64,000 nucleotides of DNA from Thermoanaerobaculia bacterium (GTDB taxonomy: Bacteria; Acidobacteriota; Thermoanaerobaculia; UBA5066): contig CAVRAY010000001.1 of assembly GCA_963719225.1 (NCBI GenBank), forward strand, positions 1,536,001 to 1,600,000. The letters are read 5' to 3'. The translations under genes and the position numbers were made by a program. The notes under the pieces are model-generated. The model had not been told where the DNA came from, ran no database searches, and saw only the letters and a list, made by a program, of their open reading frames with translations. This document shows, piece after piece, positions 1-8,687 of this stretch; positions within the stretch are counted from its first letter, which is position 1, and each line of letters begins with the position of its first letter.

Positions 1-1572
1 GACGTCCGTGTATACGGAATCGAAGGTTTCGCCCCAGACCGATCGGCCGTCCCCGACGTTGATCAAGCGGACCGAGACTCTGAGCCGGTCCTTGACGCGC
101 TGAAGGCTCCCTTCCACGACCGCGTCCACGCGTAGCGTACGCCCCAGGCGAACGGCGTCGTCGCGCTCTACGGAGTGCTGTAAGACGGCGCCCATGGGCC
201 GCAAGGCGATGCCCGGCACGCTGCTGAGCTTCGTGATGAGAGTGTCGGTCATCCCGAACTCGAGCACCTCGTCCCGGTCGGCCGCGACGAGCGGTTTGAA
301 CGGGAGAACCGCAAGGGTCGTCACGGACGGGAGGGAACGGACGGGCGCCGCGGCCGTTCCCGTCACAGCACGGTTCTCCCGGCGGGCCGAAAAGGAAAGC
401 CAAAGAGCGTAGCAACCAGCGGCAAGTGAGATCGAGGCGATGGCCGCCGCGACCACGCCTGCCCGATGCCGCCTCACGAACTTGCGCGCCCGGTAACCCG
501 CCGTGTCGGGGCGGGCGCGGACGAGTTTTCCCTCGAGGAACCGGCCGACGTCCTCGGAAAGTTCTTCGGCGGAACCGTATCGCAGCTCGGGCTCTTTCCG
601 CATCGCCTTCAGGACGATCGCCTCGAGATCGCGCGGGATCTTCGCCTCCGGAGCGGCGGCTGCCGGCCGCAGCGGCTCCTCGGTGAGGACGGCGTGGAGG
701 AGGGCGGCGTACTCGTCGCCGGTGGTCGTGCGGTAGGGCTTCTTGCCGGTCAGGAGCACGTAGAGGAGGACGCCGAGCGAATAGACGTCGGAAGCCGGCG
801 TGAGCGCGTCGCCCCGCACCTGCTCGGGGCTCGCAAAGGCGGGCGTGAGCGCGCGGTACCCGGTGGCGGTTCGGTCCGTCCCGGCCTCGGGCGTCAGCAG
901 GCGGGCGAGGCCGAAGTCGAGGAGTTTGGGAACACCCTCTTTCGTGACGAGGATGTTGGAGGGCTTCAGGTCCCGATGGATGACGAGATTGCGGTGCGCG
1001 TGCTCGACGGCCGAGCAGACGTCCCGAAAGAGCCGGAGTCTCGCCTCGAGCGGCGTCTTCTCCTCGCGGCAGTAGACGTCGATCGGGCGCCCCGAGACGA
1101 GCTCCATGATGAGGTACGGGCGGCCGTCCCCCATGGTCCCGCCGTCGAGGAGGGCTCCGATGTTCGGGTGGGCGAGCGAGGCGAGGATCCGGCGCTCCTC
1201 CCGAAAGCGCTCGAGGAAATAGGCCGCGTCGAGACCGAATCCGACGAGCTTGATCGCGACGTCTCTCTCGAACGCGCCGTCCGCGCGGCGCGCGAGATGG
1301 ACGGTCCCCATCCCGCCCCGCCCGATCTCTTCCACGAGCTCGTACGGCCCGATGCGCGTGCCTTCGGGGGGACTTTCGAGAGAGCGCATCGCCTCGTGAA
1401 CGTCCCTCTCGAGGGGGACCGACTCCGACTCGGAAAGGAGCGCCTCGACTTCCTCGCGCAGCGCGGCGTCGTCCCCGCAGGCCTCGCGAAGGAACGCTTC
1501 CCGATCTTCCCGCGGCATGTCGGCGGCTTCGCCGAAGATGGCCCGCGACCTCCGGAAGAGGTCCGGCGTCAC
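1..1572 (-). CDS. Ser/Thr protein kinase (Hanks type) with TM segment and TolB-like region; runs off window start
   Basis: Translated by hand from GTG at 1572, which overlaps the ECF stop (GTGA): MTPDLFRRSRAIFGEAADMPREDREAFLREACGDDAALREEVEALL, then GRGGMG, EERRILASLAHPNIGALLDGG, HRDLKPSNIL, KLLDFGLA. Absent from the ORF track because it is open at the window edge. Confidence 0.93.
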   Translation of the reverse strand, partial: MTPDLFRRSRAIFGEAADMPREDREAFLREACGDDAALREEVEALLSESESVPLERDVHEAMRSLESPPEGTRIGPYELVEEIGRGGMGTVHLARRADGAFERDVAIKLVGFGLDAAYFLERFREERRILASLAHPNIGALLDGGTMGDGRPYLIMELVSGRPIDVYCREEKTPLEARLRLFRDVCSAVEHAHRNLVIHRDLKPSNILVTKEGVPKLLDFGLARLLTPEAGTDRTATGYRALTPAFASPEQVRGDALTPASDVYSLGVLLYVLLTGKKPYRTTTGDEYAALLHAVLTEEPLRPAAAAPEAKIPRDLEAIVLKAMRKEPELRYGSAEELSEDVGRFLEGKLVRARPDTAGYRARKFVRRHRAGVVAAAIASISLAAGCYALWLSFSARRENRAVTGTAAAPVRSLPSVTTLAVLPFKPLVAADRDEVLEFGMTDTLITKLSSVPGIALRPMGAVLQHSVERDDAVRLGRTLRVDAVVEGSLQRVKDRLRVSVRLINVGDGRSVWGETFDSVYTDV

Positions 1573-2162
1573 GCCGTGGCGCCCCTCATCTGCCTCCTCA
1601 GCCACGCCTCGGCGTGCCGGTAGTCGCGGCTCGCGGTCGCGGAAGAGCAGCCGAGGACCTCGGCGGACTCCTGAACGTTGAGGCCCGCGAAGAGCCGAAG
1701 CTCCACGAGCCGGGCCTGCCTCTCGTCGAGGCCTGCGAGCTTCTTCAGGGCCTCGTCGAGCGCGAGGAGGTCGACCGTCCGGGGGTCCGCCGCGACTTCT
1801 GCGATCTCGATCGAGATACGACGGCCCTCGGGGGTTCGCTTGCCGGCGTCGCGTTTGCGCGCGTGGTCGACGAGGACCTCGCGCATCGCGCGGGCGGCCA
1901 CGCCGTAGAAGTGTCCCCGGTCCTTCCACGAAAGGCGCTGGTCCACGAGCTTGAGGTAGGCCTCGTGAACGAGGGCAGTCGGCTGGAGCGTGTGATTCGC
2001 GCGCTCCCGGCGCATCTGCGATGCCGCGAGATGGCGCAGCTGGCGATAGACGAGGGGTAGCAAGCGGTCGGGCGCCGTCGCGTCGCCCGACGACCAGGCG
2101 CGAAGGAGCGCCGTGACCTCATCGGGCTCGAGAGCGGCACCTCGGGGCAGGCGTACATCCAT
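1569..2162 (-). CDS. ECF sigma factor, TIGR02999-like (kinase-associated)
   Basis: EVTALLRAWSSGD...LLPLVY..LRHLA...HTLQPTALVHEAYLKL; region 4 LVELRLFAGLNVQESAEVLG; coupled to the downstream kinase. Confidence 0.92.
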   Translation of the reverse strand: MDVRLPRGAALEPDEVTALLRAWSSGDATAPDRLLPLVYRQLRHLAASQMRRERANHTLQPTALVHEAYLKLVDQRLSWKDRGHFYGVAARAMREVLVDHARKRDAGKRTPEGRRISIEIAEVAADPRTVDLLALDEALKKLAGLDERQARLVELRLFAGLNVQESAEVLGCSSATASRDYRHAEAWLRRQMRGATA

Positions 2163-2232
2163 GCGGAAACCAGCGGAATTCTCGCATGCGGGGTGAAAGG
2201 AGAAGCCGCGTTTCGAGCATTGCCTGGCCCAT

Positions 2233-4044
2233 CTATCTCGTCAAATCAGCTTTCAGCAGAACCCACCCCTTCGCCGCCGCGATCACGCGCGGGTCGCGAA
2301 AGGTCCTGTGGTCGAGCTCCTTGCACGGCAGGCACCAGTCCGCGTAGAAGTCGATCATGACGGGCCTGCCGGTCGATTTCGCCTCGGCGACGGCGGCGTC
2401 GGAATACGGCTGGAACACGAGCTCGGCCGAGGCCTTCCGCGGCATCGCGAAGGCCGCGCCCGCGGCGAGAAGCGCGACGGCGACCGCCGCCTTCACGGCC
2501 GCGAAGCCGCGCAGCCCGGCTCCGCTCCTCTCGAAGAAGAGGAACCACACGCCGCCCGCGAGGAGCGGAAGCGCGAGCCCGATCTCGTAGGTGCGCGTGG
2601 GCAGGAGCGGGCGAAGGAAGTACACGGCGAGCGCGACGAGCGCGAAGCCGAACACGCGCCGGACGGCCGTCATCCACTCCCCGGAGCGCGGGAGCGCCTT
2701 CAAGCTGCCGGAGGCGGTGCCGAGGACGAGATAGGGAAGTCCGAGACCCATCGCGAGCGTGAAGAAGAGGCCGAAGCCGAGAGGGGCCGAACCCCTCGCG
2801 GCGACGTAGGTGAGCAGTGACAGGACGAACGGCCCGATGCACGGCGCGGCCACGAAGCCCACGAAAAACCCCATCGTGAGCGCGCCGGCGACGCCTGCCT
2901 TCGAGCCCGTGCGGTCCGTGATGAAGTGAGGCGCCTGGATCTCGAAGAGGCCGAACATCGAAAGCGCGAGAGCGAGGACGATCGCCGCGATCCCGACGAG
3001 CACGGCGGGCTTCTGGAGCCATGCGCCGAAGAGGGAGCCCGAGAGCGCCGCGAAGACGCCGAGAGCTGAGTACGTGACGCTCATGCCGAGGACGTAGGCG
3101 AGCGCGAGGGAGAACGTGCCGCCTTTCTTCCCTTCCGACTGGCGGCTGAAAAAGCCGAGCGTGATCGGGATCAGCGGATACACGCAGGGGGTGAGGTTGA
3201 GCGCGAGGCCAGAGGCGAAGACGAGGACGAGAAGGATCGGCAGGGACTTGCCCGCGAGGCCGCCCCCTTCCGCCGCAGCCGGGCCGCCTCCGCTGAAGCG
3301 CGGCGCGAACGTCTCGGGCGGCTCGTAGCCCACGACGCGCGTGCCCGTCTCCTTCCCGTCCGGGCCGAGGAAGAGGAGCGTCGGGACGCCCTGGACGTTC
3401 CACTTCTCGCGCAGCGCGCCCGCGCCGAGCGGCGCGCCTCCCGCCGGGTCGTCGGCCGGGGAACCGCTTCCGCCTGAAGTCGCGCCGCCGGGTCCGCCGC
3501 CCGCGGCGGAAGCCGGAGCGCCGAACAGGTCCGCGTTCTTCGGCGCTGCCTCGGTGCCCGCCCTCGAAACGTCGATCGTGAGCGACGCCGTCAGCTCGGT
3601 CGGGGGCAGGCACTGGTTGTCGTTGCACGGCTGATACGAGATCACGGACGTGAGAGTTCGCGGGCCCGGCGCGGCCTTCGCGTCGACTGTGCCGGGCACG
3701 AGGAAGACGGTCCTTCCTTCATAAACGGCGAGCGGCTGATCGGAGAACGCGAATTTCGTCTCCTTGTGCTTCGGGTACCTCACGGCCGAGAACGCGAGGC
3801 CCGGCGCCGGTTTCAGCTTGACCTCCGTGGGGATGAGGAAGTCCTCCTTCGGCGTGTGGCTGTTCACGTGCCAGCCCGGCTTGATCTCGGCGACGACCGC
3901 GAGGCGGAACGGCTTTCCCGCGACGAGCCGATCCGCGTCGGCCGCGAGGCGCGGCGCCACGATCGTGTTCGAAGTCGGAACGGGCTGCGCGAGAGCCGGC
4001 GAGCCGGCGAGCACCAGAGCGGCAAAGGCGGGTCGGAAGGACAT
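2233..4044 (-). CDS. dsbD: DsbD-family thiol:disulfide interchange protein with rearranged thioredoxin domain
   Basis: Signal peptide MSFRPAFAALVLAGSPALAQ; N-domain PGWHVNS and QPCNDNQCLPP; TM domain LTPCVYP and AAPCIGP; C-terminal DFYADWCLPCKE. ATG at 4044 overlaps the upstream stop. Confidence 0.88.
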   Translation of the reverse strand: MSFRPAFAALVLAGSPALAQPVPTSNTIVAPRLAADADRLVAGKPFRLAVVAEIKPGWHVNSHTPKEDFLIPTEVKLKPAPGLAFSAVRYPKHKETKFAFSDQPLAVYEGRTVFLVPGTVDAKAAPGPRTLTSVISYQPCNDNQCLPPTELTASLTIDVSRAGTEAAPKNADLFGAPASAAGGGPGGATSGGSGSPADDPAGGAPLGAGALREKWNVQGVPTLLFLGPDGKETGTRVVGYEPPETFAPRFSGGGPAAAEGGGLAGKSLPILLVLVFASGLALNLTPCVYPLIPITLGFFSRQSEGKKGGTFSLALAYVLGMSVTYSALGVFAALSGSLFGAWLQKPAVLVGIAAIVLALALSMFGLFEIQAPHFITDRTGSKAGVAGALTMGFFVGFVAAPCIGPFVLSLLTYVAARGSAPLGFGLFFTLAMGLGLPYLVLGTASGSLKALPRSGEWMTAVRRVFGFALVALAVYFLRPLLPTRTYEIGLALPLLAGGVWFLFFERSGAGLRGFAAVKAAVAVALLAAGAAFAMPRKASAELVFQPYSDAAVAEAKSTGRPVMIDFYADWCLPCKELDHRTFRDPRVIAAAKGWVLLKADLTR

Positions 4045-4976
4045 CAACTCCCCGCCTTTCCCTGCAGCGCGTCGAGAAGCGCCTTCGCCTCTGCCGCGAA
4101 AGGTGAGTCCGGATGCGCCTTCAGAAATCCCTTGAGGCGCCAGGCCGCGAGGTCCTTGCGGCCGCGCGCGATCTCGACGTCGGCGCGGCGAAGCTCGGCG
4201 CGCTGTTTGAGAGTGGGATCCTGGGCGGTTGCGATGAGCGTGTCGAGGTGCGTGACGGCTTCGTCGAAACGGCCGGAGTCCATCTCGAGCGACGTCAGGT
4301 AGCCGAGCGACTGCTCGCGGATCGGGGCGGGAGACTTCGGGTCGCTCACGAGGCGCCGGAAGCGGGACTCGGCCTGCGCGCCGCCGCCGCGCTGATAGGT
4401 CTCGCGCGCCGCGTCGAAGACGAGCTGCAGATTCGAGGGCTCGGCCGATTCGGCGGCGAGGAGCTTCTTGTAGCCTGCCCAGCCGCGTTCGGCCTCGATG
4501 AACGCCTGCACCCAGCCGTGCTGCGTCGTCGGCCCTTCCTGCCGGCCGCATTCGAGAAGCTCCGGCGTGATGACGATCCAGGTCGGCCCGCCCCGGATCT
4601 TCAAACGACGTGCGAGGTCGGCGCCCTCCGCCGTCGAGACGTCCTCGTAGAGGGGCACCTTGTCCCGCGTGAACGCGTAGAAGGACGTGGACGGCGCGAC
4701 GAGCGCTTCCATCCGCTGGCATTGCCCGCAGTTCGGCTCCACGAAGAAAATCAGAATGCGCCCATCCTTGAGGCGCTTCGCGCCTTCAGTCGCCTCCGAA
4801 AGAGTCCGGGCCCAAAGAACGTCGAGGCCGGCCGCCCCGGGAAGAGCGCTCCCCTTGGCCGGGGGGGCCGCGGGGGAGATGGCGGACGGGACCGGCGTGG
4901 AGGCGCTGGAGGCGCCCTCCGCGGGCGGATTCGCCGGAGATATCTGCGCGAGCGCGATGAGAAGCAGTAAGAACAT
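4044..4976 (-). CDS. Exported thioredoxin-like (CGQC) plus TPR-repeat protein
   Basis: Hydrophobic N-terminus; ILIFFVEPNCGQCQRME; GGPTWIVITP; TPR-like C-terminus ending FLKAHPDSPFAAEAKALL; SD AAGGA upstream. Confidence 0.7.
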   Translation of the reverse strand: MFLLLLIALAQISPANPPAEGASSASTPVPSAISPAAPPAKGSALPGAAGLDVLWARTLSEATEGAKRLKDGRILIFFVEPNCGQCQRMEALVAPSTSFYAFTRDKVPLYEDVSTAEGADLARRLKIRGGPTWIVITPELLECGRQEGPTTQHGWVQAFIEAERGWAGYKKLLAAESAEPSNLQLVFDAARETYQRGGGAQAESRFRRLVSDPKSPAPIREQSLGYLTSLEMDSGRFDEAVTHLDTLIATAQDPTLKQRAELRRADVEIARGRKDLAAWRLKGFLKAHPDSPFAAEAKALLDALQGKAGS

Positions 4977-5086
4977 CCGTATTCCTTCAGTTTGACTATT
5001 CTAGGCGCGCCACTTATAACGCGCAGGCGCTTCGCGGCCTGCCTCTCCGCAAGGGACGTGCCCGGGGTGCGATGGTCGCGCGGCCG

Positions 5087-5162
5087 GCCCAGGTAGCTCA
5101 GTTGGTAGAGCACGCGCCTGAAAAGCGCGGTGTCGACGGTTCAATTCCGCCCCTGGGCACCA
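5087..5162 (+). tRNA. tRNA-Phe (GAA)
   Basis: Acceptor stem GCCCAGG/CCTGGGC; D-arm GCTC-AGTTGGTA-GAGC; anticodon arm CGCGC-CTGAAAA-GCGCG; T-loop TTCAATT (one A-C mismatch in the T stem); encoded CCA. Confidence 0.96.
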
Positions 5163-6070
5163 TCCTCCTTCTTCCAGTTGCCGATCACGCGCAGCGCGTG
5201 CGGATGCATCCGGAAGACGAGCGGGTCGGGATGTCCTGCCGAAAAGACGAGGTTGCCGTCGACGTGCGCCGTGAGCGGCCGGTCCGAGGCCAGAACGACC
5301 TCCCGGGCGCGTACGATCGTCACCCACGGCAGCCCCACGTGCGAGCCGTCCAGCGCTTTCGGGAGATGGCGCAGAGCCTCGAGCTTGCCGAGGTTGCCGA
5401 GACGGCACACGTCGAAGAGGCCGTCGTCGGGGCACGCCGCAGGAGCCAGGAGGAAGCCGCCCCCGCTGCGCGGACCGTTCGCGACCGCCGCGAGGAACGC
5501 CAGCCCCTCGAGAACGCGGCCGTCGATCGTCAGCGTCAGCTCGAAGTTCTCCCAGTCTTTCAGCACCGTGAAGACCGACCAGAGGTAAGCCGGAAAGCCC
5601 TTCAGGTAGCGCACCTTCGACGCGGCCTCCGCGACGGCGCCGTCGAACCCGAGGCCGACGCTGTTCGAGAAGAAGCGCCCGTTGACCTCTCCCACGTCGA
5701 GAATGCGTGTTTTTCCCTCGACGAGGACCCGCGCCGCATCCGCCAGATCCCCGGGCCTCAGGCCGAGCGCGAAGCCGTAGTCGTTGCCCGTGCCGTCGGG
5801 CATGAGGCCGAAGGCGGGGCGCTTCGCCTCCGGGATTCGCATGAGGCCGTTCACCGTCTCGTTTACCGTGCCATCGCCCCCGATCGCCACGACGACGTCC
5901 GCTCCGGGGTTCCCGGTCGCCTCGGCGAGATCGGCCGCGTGCCCGGGGCGCTCCGTTTCGAGGAACTCGCCTACGAGGCCGGCGGCGTCGAGAACGGAGC
6001 GGATGCGGTCCCGATCGCGCATCGCCCGGCCCTTCCCGGCCGCGGGATTGAAGAGAAAGACGTGCTTTAT
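5141..6070 (-). CDS. Diacylglycerol/lipid kinase family protein (YegS/BmrU-like)
   Basis: GGDGTVNETVNGL, PDGTGNDY, VGLGFD, NGPRSGGG, HVDG motifs. The conserved N-terminal FNPAAGKG motif lies upstream of the first ATG (6022), so the start is extended to ATA 6070 (uncertain). Confidence 0.88.
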   Translation of the reverse strand: MKHVFLFNPAAGKGRAMRDRDRIRSVLDAAGLVGEFLETERPGHAADLAEATGNPGADVVVAIGGDGTVNETVNGLMRIPEAKRPAFGLMPDGTGNDYGFALGLRPGDLADAARVLVEGKTRILDVGEVNGRFFSNSVGLGFDGAVAEAASKVRYLKGFPAYLWSVFTVLKDWENFELTLTIDGRVLEGLAFLAAVANGPRSGGGFLLAPAACPDDGLFDVCRLGNLGKLEALRHLPKALDGSHVGLPWVTIVRAREVVLASDRPLTAHVDGNLVFSAGHPDPLVFRMHPHALRVIGNWKKEDGAQGRN

Positions 6071-6129
6071 GACACGGATTCTAAGGCCCCTACAATGCGG
6101 GAGAGGAGCGCGGCCTCCCGGGAGATCAC

Positions 6130-6642
6130 GTGGCCATTCTGAAAGTCGCCAAGCTCGGCTCGCCGATCCTGAGGACGCGCGCCTCGGAGATCGAGGCGCA
6201 CGACCTCAAGAAAGGCCGGTTCCGGGCGTTTTTCGAGGACATGATGGAGACGATGGTCGAGTACCACGGCACGGGCCTTGCCGCGCCGCAGGTCTCGACG
6301 GGCCTGCGCGTGGTGCTCTACGAGGTGCACGGTGAGAAACGCGGCAAGGACGTTCTCGAAGTCGCCCCCACTCTCCTCGTGAACCCGACGTTCGAGGTGC
6401 TCGACCGGACGGAAGAGGAGGACTTCGAAGCCTGCCTCTCGGTGCCCTTTCTCGCGGCGAAGGTCCCGCGCCCGAAGAGCATCCGCGTGAGCGCGCTCGA
6501 CACGTCCGGAAAGACCGTCACCTTCGTCGCCGACGGATTCCACGCGCGGGTCGTCCTCCACGAAAGCGACCACCTCGACGGCGTCGTCTACCTCGACCGC
6601 GTGCGCGACCGCGCGTCGATCCGGTACACGGTGGATTTCTAA
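6130..6642 (+). CDS. def: Peptide deformylase
   Basis: GTGLAAPQV, EACLSVP and HESDHLDG motifs. Confidence 0.95.
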   Translation: MAILKVAKLGSPILRTRASEIEAHDLKKGRFRAFFEDMMETMVEYHGTGLAAPQVSTGLRVVLYEVHGEKRGKDVLEVAPTLLVNPTFEVLDRTEEEDFEACLSVPFLAAKVPRPKSIRVSALDTSGKTVTFVADGFHARVVLHESDHLDGVVYLDRVRDRASIRYTVDF

Positions 6643-6645
6643 CCC

Positions 6646-6885
6646 TTGTCCGCGGCCCGACCTCTCACCACCGAGGAAAAGCGCCAGCTCATGCTGCTGA
6701 AGTTCCGGCCGGTGTGCATCTGCAACACGATCCGGTATCCGCGGGTGAAAGAGGCGATCGACCGCGGTGCGCGGACGATCGAGGAGGTCGCGCGCGCGAC
6801 CGGCTGCACGACGGGCGAGTGCGCGGGCGAGCGGTGCCGGCCGGTGATCGAGGCGATGCTCGCGGAGCTTCAGGCGAAGACGTAG
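6646..6885 (+). CDS. BFD-like [2Fe-2S]-binding protein
   Basis: VCICN...IDRGARTIEEVARATGCTTGECAGERC pattern; 3 nt downstream of def. Confidence 0.8.
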   Translation: MSAARPLTTEEKRQLMLLKFRPVCICNTIRYPRVKEAIDRGARTIEEVARATGCTTGECAGERCRPVIEAMLAELQAKT

Positions 6886-7535
6886 GTGCCCGCGACGAGC
6901 TTCTTGATCACGTCCTCCGTCTCCTGCTTGCCGGGAACGCAGAGCGTGAGGTCCTTCTCCTTGCCGGTGGCGATGGCCTGGGCGTAGCCCTCGCAGTCGT
7001 ATCCGCACGCCGTGCAATCGGTCTGCGCCATGGCCGCGTAGAGCTTCAGCGCGAGGTCGCCCGTCTTCGTCATCTCCATGCGCTTGGGCAGCGGGATCGT
7101 CTCGTCGTGGAACGCCGGCGCGTCCTTCCGCACCGCCGGCTTCGCGACGACGTCGTCCTTCTTGTCGGTGTACTCCCAGCTTCCGAACGAATAGCACCTC
7201 GGACACTGGAACGTCCAGTCCCACTCGTTCGGAAAGCGCACGGCAGGCGTCCGCTTGACGATGAGCGGCTCGAAGTCCTGCGGACAGACGGGGTTCTCGC
7301 GCTCCTTGGCGTCGCGCACCATGGACTTGAGGTGCCCGTCCGAGAAGACGATCTGTCGCGGCTTCTGGTCGAAGCGAAGATGCTCGCCTTTTCCGCCGAT
7401 CATGACGACCTGCGGATTGAAGCTGCGGTCCACGAAGAAGGCGCGCATCGGGCGCCCGGTCTTGGGAGAAGGGACGGTCTCGCCGGACCAGAACTTGTGG
7501 AGGAGAGCCGCGCTTTGCTCGAACGTCAGCTTCAT
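6870..7535 (-). CDS. Protein with C-terminal putative Fe-S cluster domain (RnfB/PF04060-like) and an unrecognised N-terminal domain
   Basis: MAQTDCTACGYDCEGYAQAIATGKEKDLTLCVPG; additional CPRC upstream. Confidence 0.7.
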   Translation of the reverse strand: MKLTFEQSAALLHKFWSGETVPSPKTGRPMRAFFVDRSFNPQVVMIGGKGEHLRFDQKPRQIVFSDGHLKSMVRDAKERENPVCPQDFEPLIVKRTPAVRFPNEWDWTFQCPRCYSFGSWEYTDKKDDVVAKPAVRKDAPAFHDETIPLPKRMEMTKTGDLALKLYAAMAQTDCTACGYDCEGYAQAIATGKEKDLTLCVPGKQETEDVIKKLVAGTYVFA

Positions 7536-7544
7536 CGGCGGCGA

Positions 7545-8207
7545 TTATAGGGGGCGGTAATTCGGATCGCCCACGAACGGATTCCTCCTGCCTTCGTCGG
7601 CGATCGTCGTCTCGTCGCCGTGGCCCGGGACGACACGGAGATTCCCGGGCAGGGTTAGGAGCTGTTCGCGGATCGATTCCAGGATCTGTGGCGCCGAGCC
7701 GCCCCAGAGGTCCGTCCGCCCGATGGACCGCCGAAAGAGCGTATCGCCGGAGAAGAGAACGTCGCCCCCCTCGCCGGGCATCCGGAAGCAGAGGCTCCCC
7801 GGCGTGTGGCCCGGCGTGTGGATCACCTCGAGCTCCCCCTTGCCGCACGCGACGCGGTCTCCGCTCACGAGGGTCCGGTCGATGATGCCCGGCGCGTCCA
7901 GGCTCAGGCCGAACTTTTCTGCCTGAACCGTCAGATTCTGGTAGAGCGGCCGGTCGCCGGCGTGCATGAGGATCGGCGCGCCCGTGATGCGCTTCAGGAG
8001 AGCCGAGCAGCCCACGTGATCGAAATGCGCGTGCGTATGGACGAGCGCGACCGCCTTCAGGCCGGCTCCGGCGAGCGCCTCGAGGATGCGGTCCGGCTCG
8101 TCGCCGGGATCCACGACGACGGCCTCGCGGGTCGTCGGGTCCGCGACGATCGCGCAGTTGCACTGGAGCGGCCCGACCGGAAAGGTCTCGATGAGGTACA
8201 GGCTCAT
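7545..8207 (-). CDS. MBL-fold metallo-hydrolase (glyoxalase II-like)
   Basis: THAHFDH, HTPGHTPGS, FSGDTLF, GRTDL, PGHG. Confidence 0.93.
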   Translation of the reverse strand: MSLYLIETFPVGPLQCNCAIVADPTTREAVVVDPGDEPDRILEALAGAGLKAVALVHTHAHFDHVGCSALLKRITGAPILMHAGDRPLYQNLTVQAEKFGLSLDAPGIIDRTLVSGDRVACGKGELEVIHTPGHTPGSLCFRMPGEGGDVLFSGDTLFRRSIGRTDLWGGSAPQILESIREQLLTLPGNLRVVPGHGDETTIADEGRRNPFVGDPNYRPL

Positions 8208-8239
8208 GTGTCGCCGATTATCCCGCTAGACTCGCCCGA

Positions 8240-8680
8240 GTGTCGCTGGGGGACTTTTTTCTCGAGGCTTCGCGCGTCCTGATCGGACTTGGGCTCGCGG
8301 TGTTCATCGGGGTTCCGCTGGCGAAGGAGAAGATCTTCTTAGAAGGGGAAGAGGGGACGGGAGAGCAGCTCGGCCGGGCGAAGTTCGTGGCGGCGGGCGC
8401 GCTTCTTCTGGGCGTGCTGTTGGAGACGCAGGTGCTCGGCTCGAGCCTCCCGCCGCGCCACGTGTGGCGTGCGGTGGCGATTTTTCTGCTGCTGGCCGCC
8501 CTCGTGTCCTCAGTGATGGTCGTACTTCCTCGGGAGCGCTACTACCGCGAAAAATCATTGACCTTCGAAGAAAATCTTCGACCGCCGTGGGTGAGTCGGG
8601 CCGATTCCGCGCGGCGCCGTGCGGCCCGCCTGGATTTCTTCGGCTTCCTCCTCGCCCTCGCCGCGCTGGTTCTGGGATGA
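8240..8680 (+). CDS. Small multi-pass membrane protein, function unknown
   Basis: Four hydrophobic segments; preceded by TAGACT-N7-GTG. Confidence 0.6.
   Translation: MSLGDFFLEASRVLIGLGLAVFIGVPLAKEKIFLEGEEGTGEQLGRAKFVAAGALLLGVLLETQVLGSSLPPRHVWRAVAIFLLLAALVSSVMVVLPRERYYREKSLTFEENLRPPWVSRADSARRRAARLDFFGFLLALAALVLG
8323..8360 (+). repeat. Dispersed purine-rich motif copy (inside CDS)
   Basis: GAAGGAGAAGATCTTCTTAGAAGGGGAAGAGGGGACGG; close match to the reverse complement of 23941-23980. Confidence 0.8.
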
Positions 8681-8687
8681 TCCGGGC

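Noticed and set aside
6067-8163. 698-aa Arg/Gly/Pro-rich ORF and many similar off-frame ORFs
   Set aside because: They are alternative frames of real genes, with composition typical of GC-rich frame artefacts.
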